This document shows, piece by piece, positions 23,887 through 32,000 of a stretch of 32,000 bases of DNA. The notes under the pieces are model-generated. The model was given only the letters and a program-made list of their open reading frames with translations, made no database searches and was not told the origin of the DNA. The DNA comes from Candidatus Iainarchaeum sp. (GTDB taxonomy: Archaea > Iainarchaeota > Iainarchaeia > Iainarchaeales > JAZDEL01). The position numbers were made by a program, and so were the translations under genes. Where the stretch lies: NCBI GenBank assembly GCA_043808785.1, contig JAZDEL010000001.1:30001-62000 (forward strand). Reading direction: 5' to 3'. The first letter of the stretch is position 1; each line of letters begins with the position of its first letter.

Positions 23887-24919
23887 AGTTAACGCCCCCT
23901 ATGTGGGCTCTCACAGTTTTGGCTATCGCCCGCCCAAGTTTTACGGGAACCGCGTTTCCGATATGCCTCGCCAACCTCGTAATCATGTACTTATCTTTTG
24001 GGTCAATAAACTTATAACTTTTAGGAAACGACTGAAGAATCGCGGCTTCCCTCAATGATATTGCCCTGTCCTGTTCTGGATGCCCAAAGCGACCATTCCC
24101 CAAGCCTATGCACTGAGTAGTTATTGTTGGCGATGCTCCATCCCAATTCATCCTCCCATAAACCGAGCCGAATGATTTCCCCCCTTTCTTTTTGTGACAG
24201 GACAAAACTAGAGTTTTATCCCAATCACGCCAGCCGCCCCCCATGGGGGTGGCAACTATCCTTTTCTTGTTCAGTTGAGACAATTTCCTTGAGCGATGCA
24301 ATTTGTCTTTTGGGGAGGTTTCCCCATCGCTAATTTTTTCGAGCTTGCATATTGCTTGCCTGACTGTTTTAGGATTTTTATGAGTAGGGGCGATTAATTC
24401 AAGTTCGCCGAGTTTGGAAGCCAACAAGACAAGTCTTTTCCTTGTTTGAGGCACCCCGTAGTGCATAGCATTTACTGTTGAATAAGTTACATGGTAGTCC
24501 AATGCTTCCAAATTCTGTACAAAATCATGGAACACTTTTGCCCTCATTAACTGAGGAACATTCTCCATTGACACAATTTCGGGCTTGACCTCTTCGATCA
24601 GCCTTGAAAATTCATACAGCAAACCCCATTTATCATCTCGCCTCTTTTTAATGTTGTATGTTGAAAAAGGTTGGCAGGGAGCGCAACCAACCAAAACTTT
24701 AATGGCGTTCTTTGGGTAGAGCGTTTTAAGTTCTTCAGAAGATGTCTCCTGAATTGGTTTGTTAATAAACTTAGAGTTATTGTTGGCTTCATATGCAAAC
24801 TTACAAGAAGCATCGGAATCTATGCCTGCCACGACGTTAAAATTTTCCTTTACGAAACCATGGGTTAGGCCACCTACCCCGCAGAACACGTCTACAACAG
24901 CGACAGATTTGGCTTCCAT
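23876..24919 (-). CDS. dcm: DNA (cytosine-5)-methyltransferase
   Basis: Motif I VVDVFCGVGG, IV GCAPCQPFS, VI MENV, VIII QTRKRLVLLA, X GNAVPVKLG. Overlaps the downstream GHKL gene by 11 nt. Confidence 0.92.
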   Translation of the reverse strand: MEAKSVAVVDVFCGVGGLTHGFVKENFNVVAGIDSDASCKFAYEANNNSKFINKPIQETSSEELKTLYPKNAIKVLVGCAPCQPFSTYNIKKRRDDKWGLLYEFSRLIEEVKPEIVSMENVPQLMRAKVFHDFVQNLEALDYHVTYSTVNAMHYGVPQTRKRLVLLASKLGELELIAPTHKNPKTVRQAICKLEKISDGETSPKDKLHRSRKLSQLNKKRIVATPMGGGWRDWDKTLVLSCHKKKGGKSFGSVYGRMNWDGASPTITTQCIGLGNGRFGHPEQDRAISLREAAILQSFPKSYKFIDPKDKYMITRLARHIGNAVPVKLGRAIAKTVRAHIGGVNYGG

Positions 24920-24969
24920 CCTACGTTATCAGCATCAATAGGTTTTAATTAATATCGATGCGGGCAAAT

Positions 24970-25359
24970 CTACGATAAAGCACGTTGTATTCTTTTTGGT
25001 AGAATTCCCTTTTTTAGCTCGTGTTCCCAAATACGAATTATCTTCCACCCTTCCAACTCTAATGCTCGCGTTATCTCCTTGTCCCGCTCCATGTTTCTTT
25101 TAAGTTTCTTGCTCCAGAATCGCTTATTTGACTTAGGGATAGTTCCATGCAGGGGGCACCCGTGCCAAAAACAACCGTCAACCATGATTGCAATTTTTTT
25201 CGATACGAATGCGATATCTATTTTATATTGCGAATAGTTTACTCTAAATCGGCAACCTCGCCTAAATAGCATTGAGCGCAATGCCAATTCGGGCGCAGTG
25301 TCCTTTTGCTTTACTGATCGCATTATTTTACGCCTAACGGCTTTCGAGACGTTATCCAT
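24970..25359 (-). CDS. vsr: Very-short-patch repair endonuclease
   Basis: RRKIMRSVKQKDTAPE, IDIAF..IAIMVDGCFWHGCP, SNKRFWSKKLKRNMERD, IIRIWEHEL. Confidence 0.9.
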   Translation of the reverse strand: MDNVSKAVRRKIMRSVKQKDTAPELALRSMLFRRGCRFRVNYSQYKIDIAFVSKKIAIMVDGCFWHGCPLHGTIPKSNKRFWSKKLKRNMERDKEITRALELEGWKIIRIWEHELKKGILPKRIQRALS

Positions 25360-25416
25360 ATTCTAAAATAAGATGAAAATCATTAAGTACGTTCCTTTCT
25401 TATTTGGGGGGTTCGC

Positions 25417-26040
25417 CTACCCCAGCCTCTCTTTAATCGCTTTCAGGGAAACGAACTGTTCCCTTTCTATTTCATCGAGGCGGAAGGAGATGTAGGCAAC
25501 TTTCCTCTGCATGCTTGGGATAAGGATGAATTCAAGGGCATTTACCCTGCGCTTGGTTTTTTCTATCTCCCTTATAAGGCGCTTCATTATGTTCTCGGTT
25601 TTGGCGAGTTCAATTGATAACTGTAAATATTCCTCGAAGCGCTGGGCGCATTCATCAAGGCGCGCGGAGGTGCTCATAAGGCTGTAGCCCCTTTCGGATG
25701 GCTTGCGGATGAAATCTGCTTTGCTTATTTCAGCGATTTTCACGCCCATTATGTTCCTTTCCCCAACGGAAAGGTTGGAGTTTTCAATTACGGAGAGGGA
25801 AGCTGCCTCAAGCTCGAGGGAACCCTCGTTCATTGTTGCTTTTGCGAGAGCGGAGTAAGATTCTGCGGCTTTCCTGTCAAGCTCGCCGCGGATGTCCTTT
25901 GCTTCCTTCATTATGCGGAAGAATTCCGCAATAAGGATGTCGCGCTTCTGCCTGAGAAGTTCGTGCCCCTTGCGCGCGAGGTTTATTTTCTGCCTTGTTT
26001 CTATGAGTTCAAGGCGGGTTATTTTCATTTCGTCTTCCAT
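25417..26040 (-). CDS. atpD: A-type ATP synthase subunit D
   Basis: KITRLELIETRQKINLARKGHELLRQKRDILIAEF is typical of V/A-ATPase subunit D. Last gene of the operon. Confidence 0.9.
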   Translation of the reverse strand: MEDEMKITRLELIETRQKINLARKGHELLRQKRDILIAEFFRIMKEAKDIRGELDRKAAESYSALAKATMNEGSLELEAASLSVIENSNLSVGERNIMGVKIAEISKADFIRKPSERGYSLMSTSARLDECAQRFEEYLQLSIELAKTENIMKRLIREIEKTKRRVNALEFILIPSMQRKVAYISFRLDEIEREQFVSLKAIKERLG

Positions 26041-26139
26041 GCGAAAAACATCCTGCCCCGCGTGCGTGGTTTTACGGGGTTACCGCGCGCGCAACCGCGC
26101 CGCGAACCCTGCAAACCAATGCACGGGTTTTTGTTTTTT

Positions 26140-27522
26140 TTATTTTTTATTTTCGCGTTTGCCGTACTTCTTGATGTAATCTAACTTAACCCTCTTCAGT
26201 TCGCTCTCCGGCACTGAACCAAGCAGTTCCCAGCCAAGTTCGAGTGTGCCTTCTATGCTGCGGTTCTCCGTGTTCTTCTGCGCAACGAACTGTTTCTCGA
26301 ATGCATCCGCAAACTTCAGGTGCACGCGGTCTATATCAGTGAGTGCTTCCTCCCCCACAACAGCGCTGAGGCTGCGGAGTTCGCGGCCGCGGGCATAGGA
26401 TGCGTATAACTGGTTTGCAGTGTCCCTGTGGTCCTCGCGGGTTTTTTCCTTTCCTATGCCGAGGTTCATAAGCCTGCTTAAGGAGGGTAACACATCAATA
26501 GGCGGGTAGATGCCCTTCCTGTGGAGGTCGCGGCTTACCACGATTTGGCCCTCCGTGATGTAGCCTGTTAAATCAGGAATTGGGTGTGTAATGTCATCGG
26601 AAGGCATTGAGAGGATACCGAGCTGGGTAACACTACCCTTCCTTCCTTTCACAACACCTGCGCGTTCATAGAGCGTGGCTAAATCCGTGTACATATACCC
26701 AGGATAACCGCGCCTTCCGGGAACTTCCTTGCGCGCACCTGCAATTTCGCGCAATGCTTCGCAGTAATTGGTCATGTCCGTGATTATGACAAGGACGTGC
26801 ATGTTTTTCTCATAGGCCAAATATTCAGCCGTGGTTAAAGCCATGCGCGGTGTTATTAACCTTTCAACACTCGGGTCGTTTGCCAAATTCAGGAAAAGAA
26901 CAGCGCGTGAAAGAGCGCCTGTTTTCTCGAACGAGTTCATGAAGAAGTATGCGTCCTCATATGTGATGCCGATTGCCGCAAACACCACGGCAAACTTCTC
27001 ATCCTTGCCGAGAACCTTTGCCTGGCGCGCAATCTGCACAGCAACCTCGTTGTGCGGCAAACCTGCGCCTGAAAATATGGGCAATTTCTGCCCGCGGACC
27101 AGCGAGTTCATGCAATCAATGGCACTTACCCCAGTCTGGATGAAATCGTGCGGCTTTTCGCGCGTGTATGGGTTAATAACCATGCCAATGATGTCGCGCT
27201 TCTCCTTTGAAATTATCGGCGGGCCGTTGTCTATGGGGTTCCCCAAACCGTCGAATATCCTGCCGAGCATTTCCTCCGAAACCGCGAGTTTCATGGTTTC
27301 GCCGAGGAAGCGGACGCGCGTATTGCTTACATCAATGCCCTGCGTTGTCCCGAAAACCTGTATAACGGCGTTCCCTTTCGAGCTTTCGAGTATTTCACCT
27401 TTCTTCCTTTCGCCATTTGGGAGCATTATTTCAACAAGTTCCTTGTACCCCACATCCTTCACTCCCTCGACAAACACGAGGGGGCCCTCGATGTTCGAAA
27501 CTGTTTTGTATTCCTTTATCAT
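26140..27522 (-). CDS. atpB: A-type ATP synthase subunit B
   Basis: 460 aa. [17 protein letters not shown]-terminus and [21 protein letters not shown] core. Confidence 0.95.
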   Translation of the reverse strand: MIKEYKTVSNIEGPLVFVEGVKDVGYKELVEIMLPNGERKKGEILESSKGNAVIQVFGTTQGIDVSNTRVRFLGETMKLAVSEEMLGRIFDGLGNPIDNGPPIISKEKRDIIGMVINPYTREKPHDFIQTGVSAIDCMNSLVRGQKLPIFSGAGLPHNEVAVQIARQAKVLGKDEKFAVVFAAIGITYEDAYFFMNSFEKTGALSRAVLFLNLANDPSVERLITPRMALTTAEYLAYEKNMHVLVIITDMTNYCEALREIAGARKEVPGRRGYPGYMYTDLATLYERAGVVKGRKGSVTQLGILSMPSDDITHPIPDLTGYITEGQIVVSRDLHRKGIYPPIDVLPSLSRLMNLGIGKEKTREDHRDTANQLYASYARGRELRSLSAVVGEEALTDIDRVHLKFADAFEKQFVAQKNTENRSIEGTLELGWELLGSVPESELKRVKLDYIKKYGKRENKK

Positions 27523-27553
27523 TCCTGCTCACCCCTGAAAATAAAAATAAATG

Positions 27554-27608
27554 AAAAAACCAAACAAAACAAACCCGTGAAACGGGTTCCGTGTTGGTTT
27601 TGGTTTTT
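27554..27608 (-). other. Imperfect long hairpin plus T-rich tract inside the atpA-atpB spacer
   Basis: Core AACCCG-tgaaa-CGGGTT (27572-27588) with outer arms AAAAACCAAA/TTTGGTTTTT. On the coding (minus) strand it is followed by TTTTTTCATTTATTTTTATTTT and then GGGGTGAGCAGGAATG at the atpB start. Confidence 0.5.
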
Positions 27609-27640
27609 GTTTATTTTGTTTTTTTGTTCAAGGCAGAAGT

Positions 27641-29410
27641 TCATTTCTTTCCCCCCTTTCCCGCGCCTATCAGCGAGTCGGCTTCCTTATCCACGGCGGA
27701 CATTGTTTCCTTTGCGTGCTTTTCGAACCCTTCCTCCTTCTGCTCCTTCATGCGGGAAATTACGTCCTTAACCTTCATTCCTGCGATGAATTTTGATTTT
27801 ACCCCAAGATCGGAGGCTTCAAGCGCCTTCTTGTGGAAGTGCAGTATGGTTTTCAGCATCAGGTACTGCTTCTTCATGGAGGTGTATGTGTCAATTTCAT
27901 GGTATGCGGACTGCTGGAGGAAGTCCTCCCTAATCATTTTGGAGGTTTCCAAAACAACCTGCTCCCTTTCGGGCAGGGCATCTGGCCCGACCAACTGCAC
28001 AATTTCCTGAAGTTCCGCCTCTTTCTGGAGCAGTGCCATTGCTTCCGCCCTGAGTTCGGGGAATTCAGGGGAAACCATCTTGGAGTAACTCTGCGCAAGT
28101 GTGTTCAGGTAGAGCGAGTAACTTTTCAGCCAGTTTATGGACGGGAAGTGCCTCTTCTGCGCGAGTTTTGAATCAAGTGCCCAGAATGCCTTGGTTACGC
28201 GCAATGTGTTCTGCGAAACAGGTTCTGTTATGTCTCCCCCGGGAGGGCTGACAGCGCCGATAATGCTGACAGAACCGTTCCTCTTGCCTTCCGAACCTAA
28301 GCAAATAACTTTTCCCGCCCTTTCATAGAACTCGGCAAGCTTGCGCGCAAGGTAGGCAGGATAGCCTTCCTCCCCCGGCATTTCCTCCATCCTGCTGGAA
28401 ATTTCCCTCATTGCTTCCGCCCAGCGTGATGTTGAATCTGCCATAAGGGCAACATCATATCCCATGTCCCTGTAATATTCCGCGAGGGTAATCCCCACAT
28501 AGATGCTTGCTTCGCGGGCAGCAACAGGCATGTTCGATGTGTTCGCAAGCAAAATTGTCCTTTTCATCAGCGGTAACCCTGTTTTCTGGTCTATCAGTTT
28601 GGGGAATTCATCAAGCACTTCTGTCATTTCGTTCCCCCTTTCGCCGCAGCCGACATAAACAACAATGTCCGCATCGCTCCACTTTGCCAACTGGTGCTGT
28701 GTAACGGTTTTGCCTGTGCCAAAGCCCCCAGGAATCGATGCGCTCCCGCCTTTCGCAATCGGGAAGAATGTGTCAAGTATCCTCTGCCCTGTAATCAGCG
28801 GCTCGATAGGAGGGAGCTTCTCCTTGTAAGGCCTTTCATGCCTCACTTCCCAGCGCTGCATCATGGTTAATTTTTCTTTCTTGCCGTCATTATTCACAAC
28901 GCAGACAGTATCCTCCACAGTGAAACTGCCGCCCTCTATGGATTCGACCTTTCCTTTCACTCCCTTCGGCACGAGGATTTTGTGGTTAACAACCTCGTTC
29001 TCCTGAACCGTGCCTATAATGTCCCCTTCCGCAACATTCTGCCCTTTTTTCGCGGCTGGCACAAACTTCCATTTCTTTTCCCTGTTGAGCGCGTTTGCAG
29101 TAACACCGCGGCCGATGAAGTCGGACTTCTTTGCAAGCACGTCAAGCGGCCTCTGTATCCCGTCATAAATGGATGAAATAAGCCCGGGGCCTAATTCAAC
29201 ACTCAGCGCCCTGCCTGTTGAAACAACGGGTTCGCCGGGCCTTAACCCCGAGGTTTCCTCGTAAACCTGTATGTTTGCCTTGTCGCGGTCGATAGATATG
29301 ATTTCGCCTATAAGCTCTTCCTTCCCCACCCTTACAACGTCGTACATTTTCGCATCCTGGAAGTTGTCGGCAACAACCACAGGGCCGCTTATTTTGAATA
29401 TCTGTGCCAT
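27641..29410 (-). CDS. atpA: A-type ATP synthase catalytic subunit A
   Basis: Walker A GGFGTGKT and [10 protein letters not shown]. Start chosen at [14 protein letters not shown] (GGTGATGA 5 nt upstream). An alternative Met lies at 29437. The length is normal, so there is no intein. Confidence 0.95.
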   Translation of the reverse strand: MAQIFKISGPVVVADNFQDAKMYDVVRVGKEELIGEIISIDRDKANIQVYEETSGLRPGEPVVSTGRALSVELGPGLISSIYDGIQRPLDVLAKKSDFIGRGVTANALNREKKWKFVPAAKKGQNVAEGDIIGTVQENEVVNHKILVPKGVKGKVESIEGGSFTVEDTVCVVNNDGKKEKLTMMQRWEVRHERPYKEKLPPIEPLITGQRILDTFFPIAKGGSASIPGGFGTGKTVTQHQLAKWSDADIVVYVGCGERGNEMTEVLDEFPKLIDQKTGLPLMKRTILLANTSNMPVAAREASIYVGITLAEYYRDMGYDVALMADSTSRWAEAMREISSRMEEMPGEEGYPAYLARKLAEFYERAGKVICLGSEGKRNGSVSIIGAVSPPGGDITEPVSQNTLRVTKAFWALDSKLAQKRHFPSINWLKSYSLYLNTLAQSYSKMVSPEFPELRAEAMALLQKEAELQEIVQLVGPDALPEREQVVLETSKMIREDFLQQSAYHEIDTYTSMKKQYLMLKTILHFHKKALEASDLGVKSKFIAGMKVKDVISRMKEQKEEGFEKHAKETMSAVDKEADSLIGAGKGGKK

Positions 29411-29446
29411 CCCATCATCACCCTTTCGTTTTTCCAATCCTTTTTA

Positions 29447-29785
29447 TCACTGCCCGGTGAAATCGAAGCCAAGCGCCTTCTTCACCAGCTCGCGCAGCGA
29501 GTATTCCTCCTCCTTCGAGGTGCTCTTTATGTAATCGGGAATCGCAACAATCGAGGGCTTTGCAACGCTCTCGAGTTTCTTCCTGAACCTCCAGTCCGTG
29601 CCGAAGAACAGGTGCTCGCTCACGAGGACAACGCCCATATCGGGGCGTTTCATAAGTTCGGTTATCCTTTCCTCCGCTTCGGATGCGCCAGCGCACTCGT
29701 AGCTCTCCTTTATTCCCGAAAGCCTGAAGCCGAGGCACATCTCTTTCGAGCCCACCAATACAATTTTGTCGTCCATTTTCAACAC
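29447..29785 (-). CDS. atpF: A-type ATP synthase subunit F
   Basis: About 110 aa. KIVLVGSKEMCLGFRLSGIK matches the subunit F pattern. Position is between atpC and atpA. Confidence 0.85.
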   Translation of the reverse strand: MLKMDDKIVLVGSKEMCLGFRLSGIKESYECAGASEAEERITELMKRPDMGVVLVSEHLFFGTDWRFRKKLESVAKPSIVAIPDYIKSTSKEEEYSLRELVKKALGFDFTGQ

Positions 29786-29838
29786 ACCCTCAAACGCAAC
29801 ATTTCACGCAGCATGGTTCCATCCGCATGCCAGTGCAA

Positions 29839-30960
29839 TCACGCCGCAATTATAAGTTCCCCCTTAATTTCATCCGCGCCCAAGGAAAAGCGCCTTCCGA
29901 ACAAAATTTTCCTCAGGTTCTTTATCTCCGCTTCCTTCATGTAACCGAAGCCAATCACGGCACCGAGAGAAAGTATGCTCCTCCTCAAGGCGCGCAGGCT
30001 TTCCCCTAACACCGCCTTCTCGAATTCAATTTCAAATTTAACAAGGCTGCCCCCTTCCTTGAGCAGGTTCTCAACATCGGCTATCTTGTAGTGTGAGGCG
30101 GTTTCCTTTACAACATCCTCCGCGTTCTTCGCGAGGAACGCATTCATTACCTTCTTCGCGGAAATCCTGCCCCCTTCGATTGCATCAAACCCTTCCGCTT
30201 CCGAGGGTTTTTCGCGCAGCGCCCTTACAAGGTTTGTAACATTGCGCTCGTCTATCTCCGCCTCGAGCAGGGAGAGGATTTTGCTGTCCGTTACCGCTGC
30301 GGCGCCAAACATTTCCCGCATGGTGGAATAATAATGCTTATCCAGTTCCGTCATAAGCGCCCCAATTTCAGAGTCCTGTGCGTGCTTCCTGATGATTTTC
30401 CCATATTCACGCAGTTCCGCCTTTGCCTCGAGCCTGTCCGCAAGTTCGGAAGCGTTCTTAAGTTCCAGCAGGGAAAGGTAAAAGTCCTTTTTGAACTGCC
30501 CTGCAACCATAAGCATGGGCATTATTTCATCCTTGGGTTTTTTGAAGTGGATTCCGAGGAAAATTGTTTTTATGTTCTTCAGGATATAGCGCCTTGTTGT
30601 AATCGAAAGGAATGCTTCCGCATCCTTCGGCGCGACCCTGTTCAGCTTTTCGAAATAGCGCTCGAAATTGCGCGCGAATGCGATGTCAAGGAGTTTCACT
30701 TTGTCGTCCTTGGCGTATGCCGAGGCGTTCACAAGGTCGGCCCTGTAATCGGTTTTCTCGAGCATGCTCATGAGTTCCTTTTCATTCTTCGCTGAAATCA
30801 TGCCGTCATAATCCTTCGAAGTGAAAAGCCTTGCGCGCATCGCCTTTATGCGCGTGTTCGCATAACCGTAAGTGAGCGCGCGCATTGCAACGCTCTCTTT
30901 GAGGGGATTTGGCATAGGGGCGGAACCGTTTGCCGCCCTCGGTGAAATGCTCATTTTCAT
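29839..30960 (-). CDS. atpC: A-type ATP synthase subunit C
   Basis: YGYANTRIKAMRARLF N-terminal signature. ATGA overlap with the atpE stop. Confidence 0.85.
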   Translation of the reverse strand: MKMSISPRAANGSAPMPNPLKESVAMRALTYGYANTRIKAMRARLFTSKDYDGMISAKNEKELMSMLEKTDYRADLVNASAYAKDDKVKLLDIAFARNFERYFEKLNRVAPKDAEAFLSITTRRYILKNIKTIFLGIHFKKPKDEIMPMLMVAGQFKKDFYLSLLELKNASELADRLEAKAELREYGKIIRKHAQDSEIGALMTELDKHYYSTMREMFGAAAVTDSKILSLLEAEIDERNVTNLVRALREKPSEAEGFDAIEGGRISAKKVMNAFLAKNAEDVVKETASHYKIADVENLLKEGGSLVKFEIEFEKAVLGESLRALRRSILSLGAVIGFGYMKEAEIKNLRKILFGRRFSLGADEIKGELIIAA

Positions 30961-31523
30961 TTCTTCCCCCCGAACAATGCCTCGTGTATTGCCGCATAAA
31001 GCGCGGGTTTCTTTTCCTCCATAAGGGATTCAAAGGATGCGTCAACAGCAACCTTCCCATCTTCACTGACAACCCTTATTCCCCCGCGCATTTCAGCGGA
31101 GGAAACGTTTTTGGCGAACTTTTTGGCAAGGGAAAGGTCGTCCTTGTTCACAAAGGCTTTGCAGTTCTTGCCCAATTGCTTCTCCGCTTCGGTGTAGTTC
31201 GACCTGAGGAAATCCGCGTAACCAGCGCTCCCTTTGAACTCATCGAGCGCGGAACTGACACGCTCAAGGTTTTTCTCAATTGCCTTTGCCTTCGCTTCCG
31301 CAACAATCCTGTCCGCCTCCAGCTGCGCCGAGCTGAGTGCATGCATTCCCGCTTCCCTGAGGTAGTGCTCCGCCTCCTCCTTGGCTTTCTTCATTAAAGC
31401 GGAGCCCTCCTTCCTTGCTTCCTCGAGGGCCTGGCTGCGCCTGAGCGCAGCCGAGCCGCGTATCGCATCCTCCTCCTTCTTCGTGCCCGCCTCTATCTCG
31501 GACACCAGCTTTTCCAGGGACAT
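30957..31523 (-). CDS. atpE: A-type ATP synthase subunit E
   Basis: Highly charged helical N-terminus (LEKLVSEIEAGTKKEEDAI..EEARKEG..KAKEEAE) and operon position. Confidence 0.85.
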   Translation of the reverse strand: MSLEKLVSEIEAGTKKEEDAIRGSAALRRSQALEEARKEGSALMKKAKEEAEHYLREAGMHALSSAQLEADRIVAEAKAKAIEKNLERVSSALDEFKGSAGYADFLRSNYTEAEKQLGKNCKAFVNKDDLSLAKKFAKNVSSAEMRGGIRVVSEDGKVAVDASFESLMEEKKPALYAAIHEALFGGKK

Positions 31524-31535
31524 GATGATGCACGT

Positions 31536-31775
31536 TTATGCCAGCGCCGGTATCTTCAGGATGAGCAGCATCCCCACAACGAAACCGAATATGACTATTG
31601 TTTCGGGGATTGCTATCCATATTATGAGCTTCATCGCGTCCTCCGGCCTTTCGGCAATGACTCCCATTGCCGAAGCGCCTATGGACGCCTGCGCCCATGC
31701 AGTGCCTAGCGCGCCGCCGAACACCGCAATTCCGGCTGCAAGTGCCAGCAAGCCCGCTGTTTCGAACACTACCAT
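31536..31775 (-). CDS. atpK: A-type ATP synthase proteolipid subunit K (c)
   Basis: 79-aa two-helix hairpin with Gly/Ala-rich helix 1 and the carboxylate in IPET of helix 2. Confidence 0.9.
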   Translation of the reverse strand: MVVFETAGLLALAAGIAVFGGALGTAWAQASIGASAMGVIAERPEDAMKLIIWIAIPETIVIFGFVVGMLLILKIPALA

Positions 31776-32000
31776 TCACTCCACCTCCTTGTTGATCTTA
31801 AAGGGCTTATACTCCGTGCCCCCGCCGTGGAAGAACTTCGAGCTGAATTCCACAACAGTAAGCCTTCCGCCCTGTATTATGGACTCAAACATCGCTAAAA
31901 ATGCATTAAACAGATGACCTAATATAAATATCGGAAGCAGGACCAGGGCAAACAGGCCCTTTTCAGGGGAAGGGAAGGCAACCTCGTTCAGGATTACCGC
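31776..32000 (-). CDS. atpI: A-type ATP synthase subunit I, C-terminal 74 codons (5' end outside window)
   Basis: Hand-translated: ..LPIFILGHLFNAFLAMFESIIQGGRLTVVEFSSKFFHGGGTEYKPFKINKEVE*. The TGA directly abuts the atpK ATG. Confidence 0.85.
   Translation of the reverse strand, partial: AVILNEVAFPSPEKGLFALVLLPIFILGHLFNAFLAMFESIIQGGRLTVVEFSSKFFHGGGTEYKPFKINKEVE

Noticed and set aside
26831-27538. 235-aa ORF on the + strand
   Set aside because: It is antisense to atpB, whose identity is unambiguous.
27641-29437. Possible intein in atpA (known in some archaeal A subunits)
   Set aside because: The protein length (~590 aa) is normal and the Walker A to GERGNE region is uninterrupted. No intein is present.
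31276-31917. 167-aa (-) and 178-aa (+) ORFs overlapping atpE/atpK/atpI
   Set aside because: They are out-of-frame or antisense shadows of well-supported ATP synthase genes.
1-32000. CRISPR array, cas genes, rRNA, transposase/IS elements
   Set aside because: There are no regularly spaced direct repeats and no DDE/IS-type ORF. The only direct repeats are the isolated pairs listed above.

Overview
Archaeal chromosome fragment. Core genes are an endonuclease III-like glycosylase (5' partial), lemA-htpX, a secreted/membrane protein, a HAM1/RdgB NTP pyrophosphatase, an LDH-type malate dehydrogenase, and the A-type ATP synthase operon atpI(partial)-K-E-C-F-A-B-D on the minus strand (25.4-32.0 kb). 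Many genes have an A/T-rich TATA-like box about 25-35 nt upstream of the start codon, which fits archaeal, often leaderless, transcription. Accessory content: (i) a ~3.6 kb integrative element (tyrosine integrase plus AbiEi/AbiEii) inserted at the 3' end of tRNA-Leu(CAG) and bounded by a perfect 14-nt repeat; (ii) two Fic-fold genes (Fic and Doc); (iii) a ~15 kb accessory stretch between mdh and atpD. The right 11 kb of that stretch is a compositionally mosaic restriction-modification/defence island. It holds three DNA methyltransferases, two Vsr endonucleases, one ordinary-looking type II R-M cassette, and two homologous GHKL (Bergerat-fold) ATPases with different C-terminal effectors (PD-(D/E)xK nuclease versus HEPN-like Rx4H). 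The two methyltransferase-linked GHKL operons are the best candidates for an undescribed system. Several short repeat families recur in intergenic regions: a promoter-associated 20-mer, a conserved hairpin and a GC hairpin terminator. I saw no rRNA, CRISPR array, cas gene or transposase. All family assignments come from motif reading by eye, not from database searches.
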